Positions 51,350 through 63,736 of a stretch of DNA of 64,000 bases are shown here, piece after piece (position 1 is the first letter of the stretch; each line of letters starts with the position of its first letter). The translations under genes were made by a program, and so were the position numbers. The stretch comes from Oculina patagonica (lineage: Eukaryota): NCBI RefSeq assembly GCF_052425735.1, contig NC_135761.1, positions 39,246,001 to 39,310,000 of the forward strand, written 5' to 3'. The notes below the pieces were generated by a model. The model was not told the DNA's origin. It made no database searches and saw nothing but the letters and a program-made list of their open reading frames with translations.

Positions 51350-51880
51350 TGCCTGGTTACTCAGCGTCACATCAGTTTGCACTTCGGGATCAGCCCACAT
51401 TTTCGCAAGACATAGCGTGGCAGTTGTTCATTCTAGAAAGAGCTCCAAACTTCAGGTAAGCACATAAGTTTGTTTGTTACATAATTCTCTTCAAACTAGG
51501 AGAGTTACAGTAGAAACTGCACCCCTTTACGCGACTGTCTTGTATGCAAACCGCTTACCTCCTCGAGCTAGCGCGCACGAGGTTCGCACCCCGATCGAGT
51601 TTGCAACGTCGTAGTTCGAGTTCGATCAGACTAAAAAGTTTCACCAGGTTTAATCTAAAAGCACGAGTTCGTATGTTTTCATTTCTGAACTAGGAATGAT
51701 CCTTACTCACATTACTTCGATGCGGGTTTTGACTAAGTATGGTTTGAGTCTGACATTGCGAAATTTAACACATTACAAAACTCGAAAAAATCAGCCTGAT
51801 TTTCCACGTGAGATCTTACGATGGTATCACAAAAAGCTTAATATCACTTGTTTATCGCTCCAGTACACTTGCATGGTAAG
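51350..51880 (+). promoter_or_regulatory. Putative promoter / non-coding exon 1 / intron 1 start (right-facing), paralogous to 34510-35233
   Basis: Same 23-mer at 51350-51372, donor CAG|GTAAG at 51455/51456, CpG-rich, collinear homology downstream. Confidence 0.6.
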
Positions 51881-52894
51881 CAAAAACATCCAACAGTGTT
51901 GTATGTAAAATATTTTTTATTTTTTGTTGTTGTTAACTGATATTATTTACAATTTTGTACTGGTATCTTGTCATGATATTTTGCTAGGTATCTTTGCCTT
52001 CTTTCTCCATAAAATCTTCCTACATATGGTAACATCTTATTCATTGGCCATATAAATTTTCTTCTGAGTTATTTTAATATAGTTTTTGAGAGAATCAGTT
52101 TGCGTCGGTGTTAAGCGCGAATTGTTGGTGCACATTTCTAAACATGTTCAAGGCTTTGTTTGAAAAGTAAATTCAACCTCAACACAACTGACAAATTTGA
52201 AAAGTATTGTAAATGTTTGTGTAGAAAAAGTTATTGTATGCAATCCTCAACCGTTACATTTACTTCAATTGTTTGTTTTCATGTCGACAAAAACACTCAC
52301 TTTTGGGTCGGTTTATGCAAGTATAGCTGAGTGCGTCATGTTGAGTAAATTTGACTTCAACACAACAAATCTGTGTTTTTGTTTAAAACACCGATGATTA
52401 ATGCGGTTGTGTGCAGGACTAAAGACTTCGAAAAGCATTTCTGGTGTTCTCCAAATCAGGCGGTAACTGGTAAAATTTACCGCTTGTAACAAGACTTGTT
52501 ACTGCTTAGAAATCTTGAAAATTCTACAAGTAAATAACAAATTAATGCCACTCATTTCACCCTCATAGTCATGATCCAAAATATAAAATAACAGATTGAA
52601 AATAAACAGCGACAAATGCAATATTTATTTACGAATTTGTGTTTCTGAATCTCCAGGGCTGATACCTATCGATTAAAGAGCAAGTTTTGCTGGTCTTTCT
52701 CACTTCTTGGTAAGTGCATATCTGTTGCTCGGCAGTTTCCACGATGAAGCGGCAGCAATCCTTGCTGAAAACAATCACAAATGCAGAGGTAAAAATAATT
52801 TAAGAAGTAGTGAGAAATGTTACTTAAGTAAGTAGTTCATTTTTCTAAAACATGCAAAACGCAGAAAATAGGTGAATGCTTAGTTGAACGTAGT

Positions 52895-53170
52895 TGACGT
52901 GTGGTGAAGACAAATGCAGCTTTCCTTGTCAAATTCCGCTTCTGCTTCCCCCAAGCTCCATGTGGTGTTCCTCATCTTCGGTTTGCGAACCACTTTCCCG
53001 CATTCGCTTTTGTCGTTCTCCATGATCAGGGTCTGCGGAGGCGTCTTTGCTATCTTCTTTCCCCATAGTTTGTTAATCCATGATGATTTTTTAAGTTAAA
53101 AGTTTACATGAATATAACGAATTGATTGAGCTCTCAGACACGTCTTACCTCAACAAGGTGCACTGCGTAA
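52895..53170 (-). pseudogene. Probable LINE 5' UTR plus ORF1 N-terminus
   Basis: ATG at 53066: MGKEDSKDASADPDHGERQKRMRESGSQTEDEE..., similar in style to the ORF1 start at 23580. Confidence 0.4.
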
Positions 53171-53687
53171 GTCCCGAGAAAAAAAAAAGCGTGCAGGAGT
53201 CAGCCTATGTTTTTATGTTTGTCTTGGTATATAGAATATTGTGATTAATCTTAAATTGAAACATTATAAGCTTTGTATTCTTAGTTGTAGAAATTGGCCA
53301 TTTGTATGTTGTTTGTCCAATCCGTAGCTGATGATTCAATTTTCATTAGTTGGTGGTTGGAATTTATTTTTAACAAAATTTATATTTTGCAAAACAGCAT
53401 TGGAAACATTTTCATTAGTGTCTCTGATTTTGGATTGACGGAATTTTCCATTTGCTTTCGATTGCGCTAAGAAGACCGTAATATTTAGTAAAATTTGTCC
53501 TTAAGTTAAATTGATTAATGAATTGGTGATACCTTAGGAATTCTTCTCTGGTATCAACTAAGGGGTGTCAAACATTGTTAATACCTACCTTGTACCATGA
53601 CTTGTAAAAGCTGGCTTTGTTTGTTTGTTGCTTGTTTTTTTTGAATTGTCTATAGCTTGTGGTGCTATCCTTGAAGAAGTGAATACT

Positions 53688-54687
53688 CAGAGGGTTCAAT
53701 GGAATTTTGTACAGCCGTTGCTGTGGTAGTTACAGGGGTAACACCAATAAACACCGATATACATTAAAGACAAATTTAGTAAATGCTTTTTCCTTCATTC
53801 TGGAGGCATATTTTCTCATTTTCTGCAAACAACTTTGTGTGCATTTTGTTATCTGTTCAGTTGCTTTGAACACAGGAAGGTTGAAATTATCTCTTATCAA
53901 ACAGAAAATTACACTGCAATATTTAATGAAATATTAACCTGCAATAACAATGCTTTGCTTTCTGAGTTAATGGAATTTATTTTATACACAAATCATTATG
54001 AAGTAACCAGTCCTCTCTAATGGGAGCACCCATTTATAAAAACTAATTCTCAAGGTTTCACTGACCTAGTAATTGCTATTACCGGTATATCCAAATGAGA
54101 AAGAGTATAAGATAGAGCAAACATTTGTGAATGAATGAATCTGTACAACAAAATTGATCTATCGTATTATTTCAATTATAAGGCGCACGGTTTTTTCAAG
54201 GAAAATCTGTTTTTCTGTGGGAAGTTTTTGCCAAAATTGGGGTGCGTCTTATAGCCGAGTATTTTCGCCCAACAAATCTTATGACCGCCATTTTACCGGA
54301 ACATTAATAGAAATAAAACAAGAAAAATGAAAACGCTTAATTTTGGTCATTGACTTTTATAACAAGAAAACAGATATAAGAATTAGCAAGTTTCAATGTA
54401 AAGTTTATTGTCACGATTAAACAAGTTGCGAAGACGCGAAGCAATTGTTCAGGCATTCTGTGGTCTGCTGAAAGGCTATTCACTTCGACAACTAAAACCG
54501 AATAAAGATACATTGCAAAAGAAACAAACAGTCAATAGTTTACCCAGTAATTTACTCAAAAGGTCGTTCTTTTATTTGCATTTCAAAGATCAAATGATTG
54601 ACTGGTTGAAGTACTTTGACAGCCATAACACTTACTTGTGACACCCGTGACAGGTGCTACGGGTTACGGGGTCAACTGAGAATCCTG
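53688..54687 (-). mobile_element. Second copy of the CAGGG-terminal element of 31074-34012 (without its nested inserts; has its own insert at ~54163-54420)
   Basis: Reverse complement matches 31074-31335, 31472-31535, 32412-32776 and 33716-33996. ORF 54408..54641 mirrors 31119..31337. Confidence 0.9.
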
Positions 54688-54823
54688 ACTCTAGGCACAT
54701 ACTGAATTTTCCACCCACTGAAACCCAAATGGTTTCTTTAATTTCCAAAGATCTTATTCTGTCTAAGAGCTCAAGGAGTAGCTTGCCCTCGCGATGTTGT
54801 TGTTCATCACTCGTAAAGTCACT

Positions 54824-55345
54824 CGTCAGTTTGTGCCACAACATCTCAATGGGATTGACGTCTGGGCTTTCTGCTGGGATCTATCACCAGCTGATTTCGT
54901 TAAACTCCAAATAATTCTTTGCCAGATTTCTTTCGTGCTTTGGATCATTGTCTTGTTGGAATCTGTGACCTTCAAGAAATTTCTCCTGGATGAATGGAAC
55001 AGGAGTTTGTTCAAGAATTTCTTTGACATAGAATTTGGCATCCATGTTGCCAACAAACAGGAAGACCTTCATGGCACCATGCTTGGAAATCCTGGTCCAG
55101 ATGTGTACTTTGTATGGATGCTTGGGGCAACCCTTGAACTTTGCTTGCTCAAGCTTGCGGCTAAAAAAGATCCTGGCATGGTTCTTCATGTGTACTGAGC
55201 ATTCATCTGTCAATATAATGCTGTTGAATGTCTCTCTTTTTCCCTGACACTTGGAAGCAGAACTGCAACTGTTTCACCCTGTTTGGCTCTTTGATCAGCT
55301 GGCAGTACAGTATTTCGTTCCTGTCTGGACCCAGCCAGGCTTCTT
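54824..55345 (-). pseudogene. Tc1/IS630-family transposase fragment
   Basis: YCQLIKEPNRVK...ILTDECSV...PKHPYKVHIW...RFQQDNDPKH...PAESPDVNPIEMLWH (DDE triad). Confidence 0.92.
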
Positions 55346-55961
55346 CTTATGACAATTACTTGTGCTATGTCATCCTGATCCTAAAAAAATTAATGGACTT
55401 CAATTTTGCATTCCAAAAATCACATAACAGAGTGAAGCAAAAATTAACTTGAGATACTTAGAAACCTTATATAATAATGGCTGTTTTATAAACACATTTT
55501 GACACCATGTATATGTTTAACAGGCTCTTACCTTAATGAAATAAGTAAATTTGTCTTTTATCCCCATGCCCATTGGTGGAGTGTATAGCAAAGTCTGTGT
55601 TTTTTTCTTTGCAAAGAAAGGTTGCTTAAGTCTGAAAGCAGTGGACAAAGCATTATTTTTAAAGAAAACACTAATATATTGCTCAATAAGAGTGATATAC
55701 AGTATGATCGCATTAATATAAGACACCATGGCTCAGTATAAACTTAACCATAAAAATTTTCTGATTTACTTTTTAGTTTACTTATTTTAACTGAACCCAT
55801 TTATTGGGACCAACAGAAGAATATCAGCACACAGTCTTAATTTATTTTCTATATGTCTCAAGTCCTAGGGATATCATTCCCTCTTTACATTGTGGCACTA
55901 TAGGAATGTGCAAAGTATGACATTTCAAAGTCAGAAGCTCACTGTAATTGAAGTATTATTA

Positions 55962-56745
55962 CCTGTGGGTAAATAGCGAAGGCCAGAGTACCTTTCAAGT
56001 ACTTTCTTGACTGTTACCTGTCCTTGAAGCTTACTGACCCACTTCCTCCTGTAGTCAAAGGAGACCTTAAAGAATCCCGCCCACCCACTTTGCATTGCGC
56101 GCCCATTTATTATCCGGGACCGATATCCGTCCATATGGGCACAGACAAGACACCGATCGTGACAGCAGAGAAAATATGAGGATCAACACAAGAAAACAAG
56201 ATCCAGCAGGAACGTCAACAAATGGACAAATGAACAAACAAAACTAACAAAATTAATACTGTTGCCCAGACGATTGAAATTTTAGAGACTGGTTAAACAA
56301 GGGACTCACGCCTGTCGCACCGCCGAGGCTCCAGGTGGTGAAGCGCCTGCATACTAAGCCCTGATCCAAGGCCTCCTGAATCCAGAGGCGAACGTTGATG
56401 CCGAGAATTTTCTTGGTTGTTCCGCGGGAGCGGGACGAAATGCCATCCGAACAAACGAGAAAATGAAAGAAAGAAACCAATAAAATAGACCGAAAAACAG
56501 AAACAAAGAGGGGAGAGAGCGAACACAGGGGGGAGCGCGGGCCACGTCATAGATGTCATACAATGGGGTTTGCTTTTGAGGCGCGCAATGCAAAGTGGGT
56601 GGGCGGGATTCTTTAAGGAGGCTTATCAGCTTCTTCAGGTCTGGCTTTGCTTTAGTCATCTCCTTGATGACTTGGTCATCATTTCCATCTTGTGTTGACT
56701 CTGTTTTCCAAAGTAGCATCTGGCCTCTTTTCTTCTATGGATTTT
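55962..56745 (-). pseudogene. EnSpm-associated accessory ORF exon (SAMD3-like region), split by a Kolobok-like insertion
   Basis: Removing 56071-56616 restores KEMTKAKPDLKKLISLLKVSFDYRRKWV...VKKVLERYSGL, followed by a donor AG|GTAAT. Confidence 0.55.
56071..56612 (-). mobile_element. Kolobok-like non-autonomous element
   Basis: 33-bp perfect TIR AGAATCCCGCCCACCCACTTTGCATTGCGCGCC, TTAA TSD inside a CCTTAAGG target, AG...CT termini. Confidence 0.8.
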
Positions 56746-58304
56746 CCATGTTAGAGAGCACCAAAAAGACTATTTTTAAGTTAAAAAATTAATTTAAAAA
56801 GTCATGTAGCAAGAATAGAAAATCTGAAACACTGTTTTTTAGACCAATATATGTAAAAAAATCCACATAAAGGTTTAGGTGCTCATATAAACATGTTCTC
56901 AAATAAGCCTCATGTTATGCAACATCATAGTTTTAAACAAAATGCTGATGTTGCTTATTATGGTCTATAATCTCTAATGCAGTCACAGGTCAAATATAAC
57001 ACTACTGTCCTGTTTTGGAGCACTTGCTTATAAAAGCATTGGTCTATAAAGAAAGAAACACCCTTTTCACAGGGTTTTCACTGACTCAGTTTCAAATGTA
57101 TGGTTATTATTTTGAATGAAATTTCAAAAAAGAAATTGAAATGTCTCTTATTCTTGTGTCTTATAAAACTTGTAAAAGTCTGGTGAATTAATTCAGCTGT
57201 GGAAACACTTGACTTTTTGTTCTCTCAAAATTTTACAGTTATTACCATTACTAGATGGAAATGCAACAATCCCTAACACACAGTTCACATTACATTAGCA
57301 AACTATTGCACATCCCTTGGAGGGGTAAGGTCCATAATGCAACTTTACATGGATGGGACATGTCCGTTGTATGGTATGTCCGGTGGATTTGGCCATCTCT
57401 TTCTGACATTTTGTACAATGAGTTGGGCAGGACCTCCCTTACATGTACATCCTCTACATAAAGGCCTAGTTCATTCTTGCGCTGCAAATAAGTAGGGTTG
57501 GCCCATAACCTAACCCTCTTCAACATATGATAATACTCTCTTTAATCTTTATAACCCTTGGCAATCTATCGTGGACGTGGTGGTTCATATGCTTGTAAAA
57601 AGGCAGCCTTTGATTGTGATCTTAGCACACATGGCTGCTGTAAGCAAAACCTTCAGCAGCCCCCTCTTCTTGTCAGCTCACCCAGACTGTAATGTGGGAT
57701 ATTCCTCTCTTAGCTTCTTCAGGTCTGCCTTCGCTTTAGCCACCTTCTTGATGACTTGGTCATCGTTTTGCTGACTCTTCTTTTTCCTTCTCTAATGGCT
57801 CAAATGCAGCTTAAAGAAGCATGTGATATCCCTTGGTTGGGCTTTTTATCCATTTCTTATTTTCCCCGACTGTTGGGAAGATCAAAATCTTAACAGCGTT
57901 TTCTTACATAAATGTCAATGTCTGTGATAACCAAAGAAGATGATGGACGATAACAAATGAAGAAAATGGCGATATAAAATGCCAGTAGTTCAAATGTAGT
58001 CTATCTAGCTCTCTCTGGTTCAATGGAAAGCTATCACTTAAGAAGTGAAGGAAACGCAAATTCCCTTTCTTTTTATTTGCCAAGATGACCAATGACAAAG
58101 ATCTGCACTTCATGCTTTCATGCACTGTCCTACATGTATGCAACTGTAAAAGAAGTAAACAAAATTGCACAGTACAAAAATTTGTACAGCATGAGTGGTT
58201 TGTATACCGTGTCATCCATGGCATTTTGCTCAAATTTTCCCATGAATTAGTTTGCATATGAAGGTGTCATGCAGGTCACCATGGCTGTTTCGTGTATTTG
58301 TAAA

Positions 58305-58662
58305 TAATCTTATTGCATAGTGATCTTGAGACCGTACCAGCTGTGCCAACTGTGTGACTGGCCATATAATCAGCAGCAAAATCTTGTGTTTGCCGAAAGT
58401 GATATGAAATATACTTACCAGAGTCAATGACTGCCAACATGCTTTTTTGCACCTTAGATCTCGGGATCTTCATGGCAGTTTCCTGTCCATTTTTGAAAAT
58501 TGATCTGAAGTCAGCCGTCGCTTCCAGCCCTAACTTGACGCAAATCTTGCGCATGTTCTCCAGACTATAGGGGGTCCCTGCGTCTGCCAGAAATTTCGCT
58601 TCCTGTCTTCTTTGCAATGTGTACAGTCCCATTACCGGGAGGTTTTCCACGCTGTGTAACAT
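58305..58662 (-). pseudogene. Possible tyrosine-recombinase C-terminal fragment
   Basis: KICVKLGLEATADFRS ... AADYMASHTVGTA and, in the adjacent frame, QDHYAIR. Resembles the R...MxH...TAxxHY end of YR domains. Confidence 0.45.
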
Positions 58663-59674
58663 TATTTTGGTCTAAGCCACTGGGCTACCTGAAAACCAAA
58701 CATTACACCAGAGAAACAAGTGTTTATTAACAAATTTATTTTTAATTGTGAAAACACAATGGCAGGCACATTTTCTAGCGATTTAATATCTAGAAAACTG
58801 GATTTGACATTACCTATCCATATCATACACATATCCCTTATAAAAGTGCATGTGACTTCTGTTATTAATGTACAAGAATATACTCTTGTATTAATATTCA
58901 CAACATAGCAACGTTATGTTCCAAAGCAACATGTTATGACTCTGAAAACCTGTGATTTTTTTACAGGCCGGGTGTAAAGTTAAGATATGAAAGTAATAAA
59001 AGCTGTTATACACACAATCACTGAGCCATTGGTTTGAAGAAATGTTATCTTTTACCCCATTTTTGTTTTTGCCATTTTCCACTGCATTAATGATATCTTT
59101 TACAAAGTTGTCCAGGGTGGCAATAACTTTGTATGTGTTGCCATACTGCTGTGTTACATATGGGATTAGTTTATCATGGAGATACTCGTCAACATCAGCT
59201 TGACTGATAACACTGTCATCTGCAACTTGATTAATTATCTGAGGAGTGGATAATGAAAAAGTTAAGCATGTAAATTTTGTAAGTACTAGATATTTTTCAT
59301 TAATTAGCTATAGATAGGTGTCGATTGAGTATTTATAGAACCGACACTTGATTGCTTCTGTAACAGATAAAGAGTTGAATTTCAGACTAAGGTAATTATG
59401 AATGTCATTGTGCACATAGATTTTTTCCATGATTAATATGAATAATAAATCTCAATTCAAGCTCAACTTCAGCTTGAAAATTGCCCATTGGGGCTCATCA
59501 CTGATCACCTAAAAATAGGGTTTAGAGACAAAAAACTGTGGTTGCCAAAAAATGCAGATTAAAATGTAGCATCATGCTCCTAAAATCTTGTGGCAGACAA
59601 GAGCAAGACATGTACAGGCACCATAAAATAAAAAATTTAAAATAGAGAAAAAGGAGAATAGTTGCTGAGTTACG

Positions 59675-60050
59675 GTGGATCTTCACCTCTTTACAAGGTT
59701 TGCCCCTTGCAAAGCTGTACCAAACCCAGAGTTCATCAGGATGGTAAACCATTGTGATCTTGCCAGTTGCTGGATATTCCTCTTCTCCCCAGCCAAAGTT
59801 CAGCCAGTGGACATCCTGGATCTCTTTCACATAGTTTCCGTCTCTGTCCTGCCAACAAACGGCTTTGTTTGGCTGGTTTCCTCTACCACCTTCATCTAGT
59901 GTTCCTTTTTTCAATTTGCGAGAAATCGATGTCATTTTCCAAAAAGGTGTGCCCGATCAAGAATCTGTGGTTTGACACTTTGTAAATTCCAGGCTGGTGC
60001 AGCTTGGCAAATACAGCAACAACTGTCCTATTTTTATTTTTTATTTTGGA
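59675..60050 (-). pseudogene. Sola-like DDE transposase fragment
   Basis: (Q)NKNRT...[23 protein letters not shown], then VHWLNFGWGE...HPDELW. Confidence 0.65.
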
Positions 60051-61956
60051 AGGTTTCAACTCTTTTTTGCTTAGGGCTAGGCTTGCAATCCACGTATAAA
60101 TCTTCACCAAGGCCTCGCTGTAAACCATGGCACACGGTTTCTGAGTTTGGCAAAAAAGTATTCTTTGATGATTGCCTTCTTGTTTCTTGCTCTCTCAATG
60201 GAAGTATGAAATGTGGATTTCAACTGGTTGAGCTCCAGAACAGACATTTGGTCTTTTGGGACCGCACTCAATCATAAATGTTGACCAAACTAGACCTTTA
60301 ATGCTGCCAAAGAACCTCTCACGTTTACGAGATTGATTGCCACGGAACCATGTTGCTTACCCAGTTCAGTTGCTAGTTGAAGCGCTGTTTTGGCAGGCGA
60401 TGCTGTTTAAAAACGCCTGATGTTATTTACAACATGGGCAACATAGTCCCCACTCTTGTGTTCCTCACTCTCGCTGGCAGTGTCTGTGTCACTTTCAGCT
60501 GAAGGTTCCTAAGGACGCCCTGGACCTGAATGCACCTTCGCCACTAGAACAAATGTAGCTCACAGAAGCATGTGGTTTCCATTGATAGGGCTTTTTATTC
60601 GTTTCGTTTCTTTTTGCCGACTGTTGGGAAGATCTAAATCTTAATAGCATTTTGTTATATGGCAAATGCAAGTCGGTGGATTTCAGTAGTGTCTTCCTTG
60701 ATGTCAATGATAGCCAATGAAGATGATGGATGAGAACAAATGACTCTGATAACAGGGAGATCAAATTCGTCATTTTTAAAACTGTTCCCTCTCTATCCCA
60801 TGCCATAATATTAGGATGTCACCTGGCAAACTCGAGGTTTTTGTGGTTTTTTGTATAAAGATTTGGCAAAAAAGTGTGTAATCCATGTATAAAGAAAGGT
60901 CCAAGAATCAAAACATGTACAGGGCCCATGAAACTAAAATGTAAAAAAAGAGAAAAAGTTGAATACTTGCCTGAAAACGAGAGAATCTTGAATGGCGTAC
61001 GATTCTTGGTCGTGGACCACCACACAAAAATCTCGAGCAGTTCTTTGACTTAAAAAACAATCTAAGGCAAGGTATTCTATATTGTTTACAACATCTTAAC
61101 AACATCTGTGTACCAAAGATTGCTTCTACACAGTCAACTTCTTTCAGTGTGCTCTAGCTGGCTAACCCTTCTAACCTTCAATGAGCTTGGCCCTAACCCT
61201 TCGGCTAGAGATGTTGCACATCACTTATAAGTTCTGACATTTGGAAGGTTTATGTGCTACAAGCTAGCACTTGTTTATGCCTTATTTGGTCAGTGTGGTT
61301 ACTAGTTATTATTGTTAGCAATTTTCAGTAGCCACAGACATCAAGTGCATTATGGTTTGGCTGGTTAAGCCTCTACCTGTAAGTACTTCACCTGTACTTA
61401 CTTTGTGTTTGTCTTGTTTACTCTTTTTCTTTTTCTCTCTTTCAGCCAGTCCAGATCTTTTTCTTTTTTAAGAGACGTTTCTTCTCCTTTTTGCTTTTTC
61501 TGTCTTTGTTTGTCCTTTGTGGCGTTATTCTCACCATCTGACACAAAGTACATGTAAGTAGTTAAAAAATGATTAAGCTTTTTCAAAAGATAATTATTAT
61601 TACATGTGAGCAAAAATTCTGCATGATCGATAATACTCTTATTAAAATATAGAAAGGCAAGATAGTAATCACTGTCTTACCCATAAAAGATCCTTGAACT
61701 CCGCCTACTACTACTAACATTTCGAAACAACCAAACCACTTTTCACGCTTATATAGCCGAACCAGCGCTCCATTTGACCAGCGGTGTGAAATTGAGTGAC
61801 TTTTGGTGACTGTAGAGCGACTGTAGAGCACGGTAGAGCGGTTTCGCAGCACTTTCTTAGCCAATCAGAAGTTTAATCAAAACCAATCATGCTTACGGTA
61901 TGCAAGTTCTATTCCCGTCCTTCGTGCCAGGGACCTGTATAATTACTTTGGTTTTT

Positions 61957-62702
61957 GTTACCTTTCCTGTAGAGAAGAGAAGCATAGCAAAATTACATTG
62001 GCTGCACACATCCAGGTCTAAGCCCTCAATCTCTTCCTCAATGTTTTTGAAGAGAAGGCTTTCTTTCATCATAATGAATGCGTGATGGAGTTGAACCAAA
62101 ACGCCAACACTTTTAGGAGCAGATTTTAAGAGTTCTTCAAATTTCCTTTGCTCCTCCATCCACTGGCTGATGGTTTGCTTCCCTTCCCTCTTTTAGAAGG
62201 TAATAAAATTACAAAAAGTTTAAAAATACACCACAAAAATACCTTTGTGCAGATAGAGTCAGAGTGTTTTTTAAATGATGGTCTGAGGCCTTTTGTAAAA
62301 AGCATTTTGTATATCAAACATTCAAATATACTTTGACACTTTCACAAAGATCTTAAAATTGAGATGAATGTCAGTTGGTTCACTTTCATGTTGACTTGGA
62401 AATCATATTGGCTCTGCTGCAATCAGTTACCAGTGATTGATTATATATTTGGTTTGTATTGTTACCTTTCCTGTAGAGAAGAGAAGCATAGCAAAATTTG
62501 ATTGGCTGCGCACATCAATGTCAAAGCTCTCAATTTCTTCCTCAATGTTTTTGAGGAGAGGGCTCTCTGTCATCTTAGGGAATGCCTGATGGAAATAGCC
62601 AAATTCTAACCCTTTTAGGAGCAGATTTTAAAAGATCCTTAAATTTCTTTGGGCCCTCCATTCACTGGCTGATGGTCTGATTCCCTTCCCTCTTTTAGAA
62701 GG
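61957..62702 (-). repeat. Diverged ~245-bp direct duplication of an exon-like unit (61957-62200, 62461-62702)
   Basis: GTTACCTTTCCTGTAGAGAAGAGAAGCATAGCAAAATT ... CCCTTCCCTCTTTTAGAAGG occurs twice. Both copies end in a minus-strand donor AAG|GTAAC. Confidence 0.85.
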
Positions 62703-63169
62703 GAATAGGAAGCATCCTTGTTGATGCCCTAGTAGAGAGAAAAGCAATTCACGCCTCTGTATTACACCTCACTCCCTCTTGAGTTATTTAGTTTTATCAT
62801 GGAAGGAGATAAAAGTCGGTTGCTAGCAAACCCCTAAGAAATGTGTTGGGCAGGAATTTCACTGCTACTTCACCCTCTATTTTCCTTTTCACATATGGTA
62901 GCAGGCTAGGCCACATTGGTGGGAAGCAAGCTCTTCCACCACTGCATCAATGTCCAGGAAGTAGCTGACGCCTTCCAAGTCCTGAGTATCTAGCAGGTCC
63001 ACCAGTGCTGAATCATCACTGACCTGACCCCTGTCAGATGCAATGGTGTTTTGGGAGAAAAATGGCATTAAACATAATGTTTCCCTTGTTTGGTGAAACA
63101 TCCACATCTATCAATAAAAGAGAATAAGAGAAAATTTAGCTAAAGATAGCATGTCCATAGTCAACTTGT

Positions 63170-63736
63170 TTATTATCTTGCACTGGTTTGTCATAATAAG
63201 TCTGAAAAGTTCCCGCATTGGACCACCCAGCAATGGAGATAATTTATGTTTCACAATGTGAACTAACAATTTGGCTACCATGGCAACACACTTGGTTCCA
63301 GTTCCGAAAGGCTTTTCTGGCTACATCAAGCATTCTTTTGTGTTATTTGTCAATTTTGTTTTATATGCATGCTCTGACAAACATGTGAATGGATTAGGCA
63401 GTCTTGTCCAGGTTTCATATTTCTGAACTGAAAAATACTAAAATATTTTGGTGGGGACTGGAAAAGAGTGAGTTGCTATGGTAACATAATTTAATTAAAA
63501 CTATTAGTATGCCAAGTTTCATTGGTCTCTGCAGAAAAATGACCGAGATAACTCAATTTTTGTACCTGACATAGAATTGGGTTGATTTGCACATTTTACG
63601 ATTTTCTAAGCTTTAATATCTCTGGAACTGAAAAAGATATTTGAAAGCGGAAAACGTCATTTTGAATCTTTCGTTAAATACTCTATAAAACGCTAATAAA
63701 GCAAGGGGTGAAAATTTGATCATAGCAGCACTTTAA
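63170..63736. mobile_element. Interspersed DNA-transposon-like repeat ending ...GATCATAGCAGCACTTTAA (Kolobok/Crypton-type MITE)
   Basis: CTTTAA terminus and internal CCATGGCAAC / GTTGCTATGGTAAC motifs. Left boundary uncertain. Confidence 0.45.

Noticed and set aside
31074-54687. One giant 23.6-kb transposon bounded by inverted CAGG(G/A)TTCTCAGTTGA ends
   Set aside because: Each end belongs to a separate small copy with its own opposite terminus, and the outer flanks (GTTGTTG vs ACTCTAG) do not match.
59000-59045. Ulp1-protease-like WLxD motif (QWLSDCVYNSF)
   Set aside because: Too short, no catalytic His/Asp/Cys context, and it may lie beyond a splice donor.
60140-60260. ISL2EU/Harbinger transposase C-terminus ([15 protein letters not shown])
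   Set aside because: Resemblance is too weak and degraded to call.
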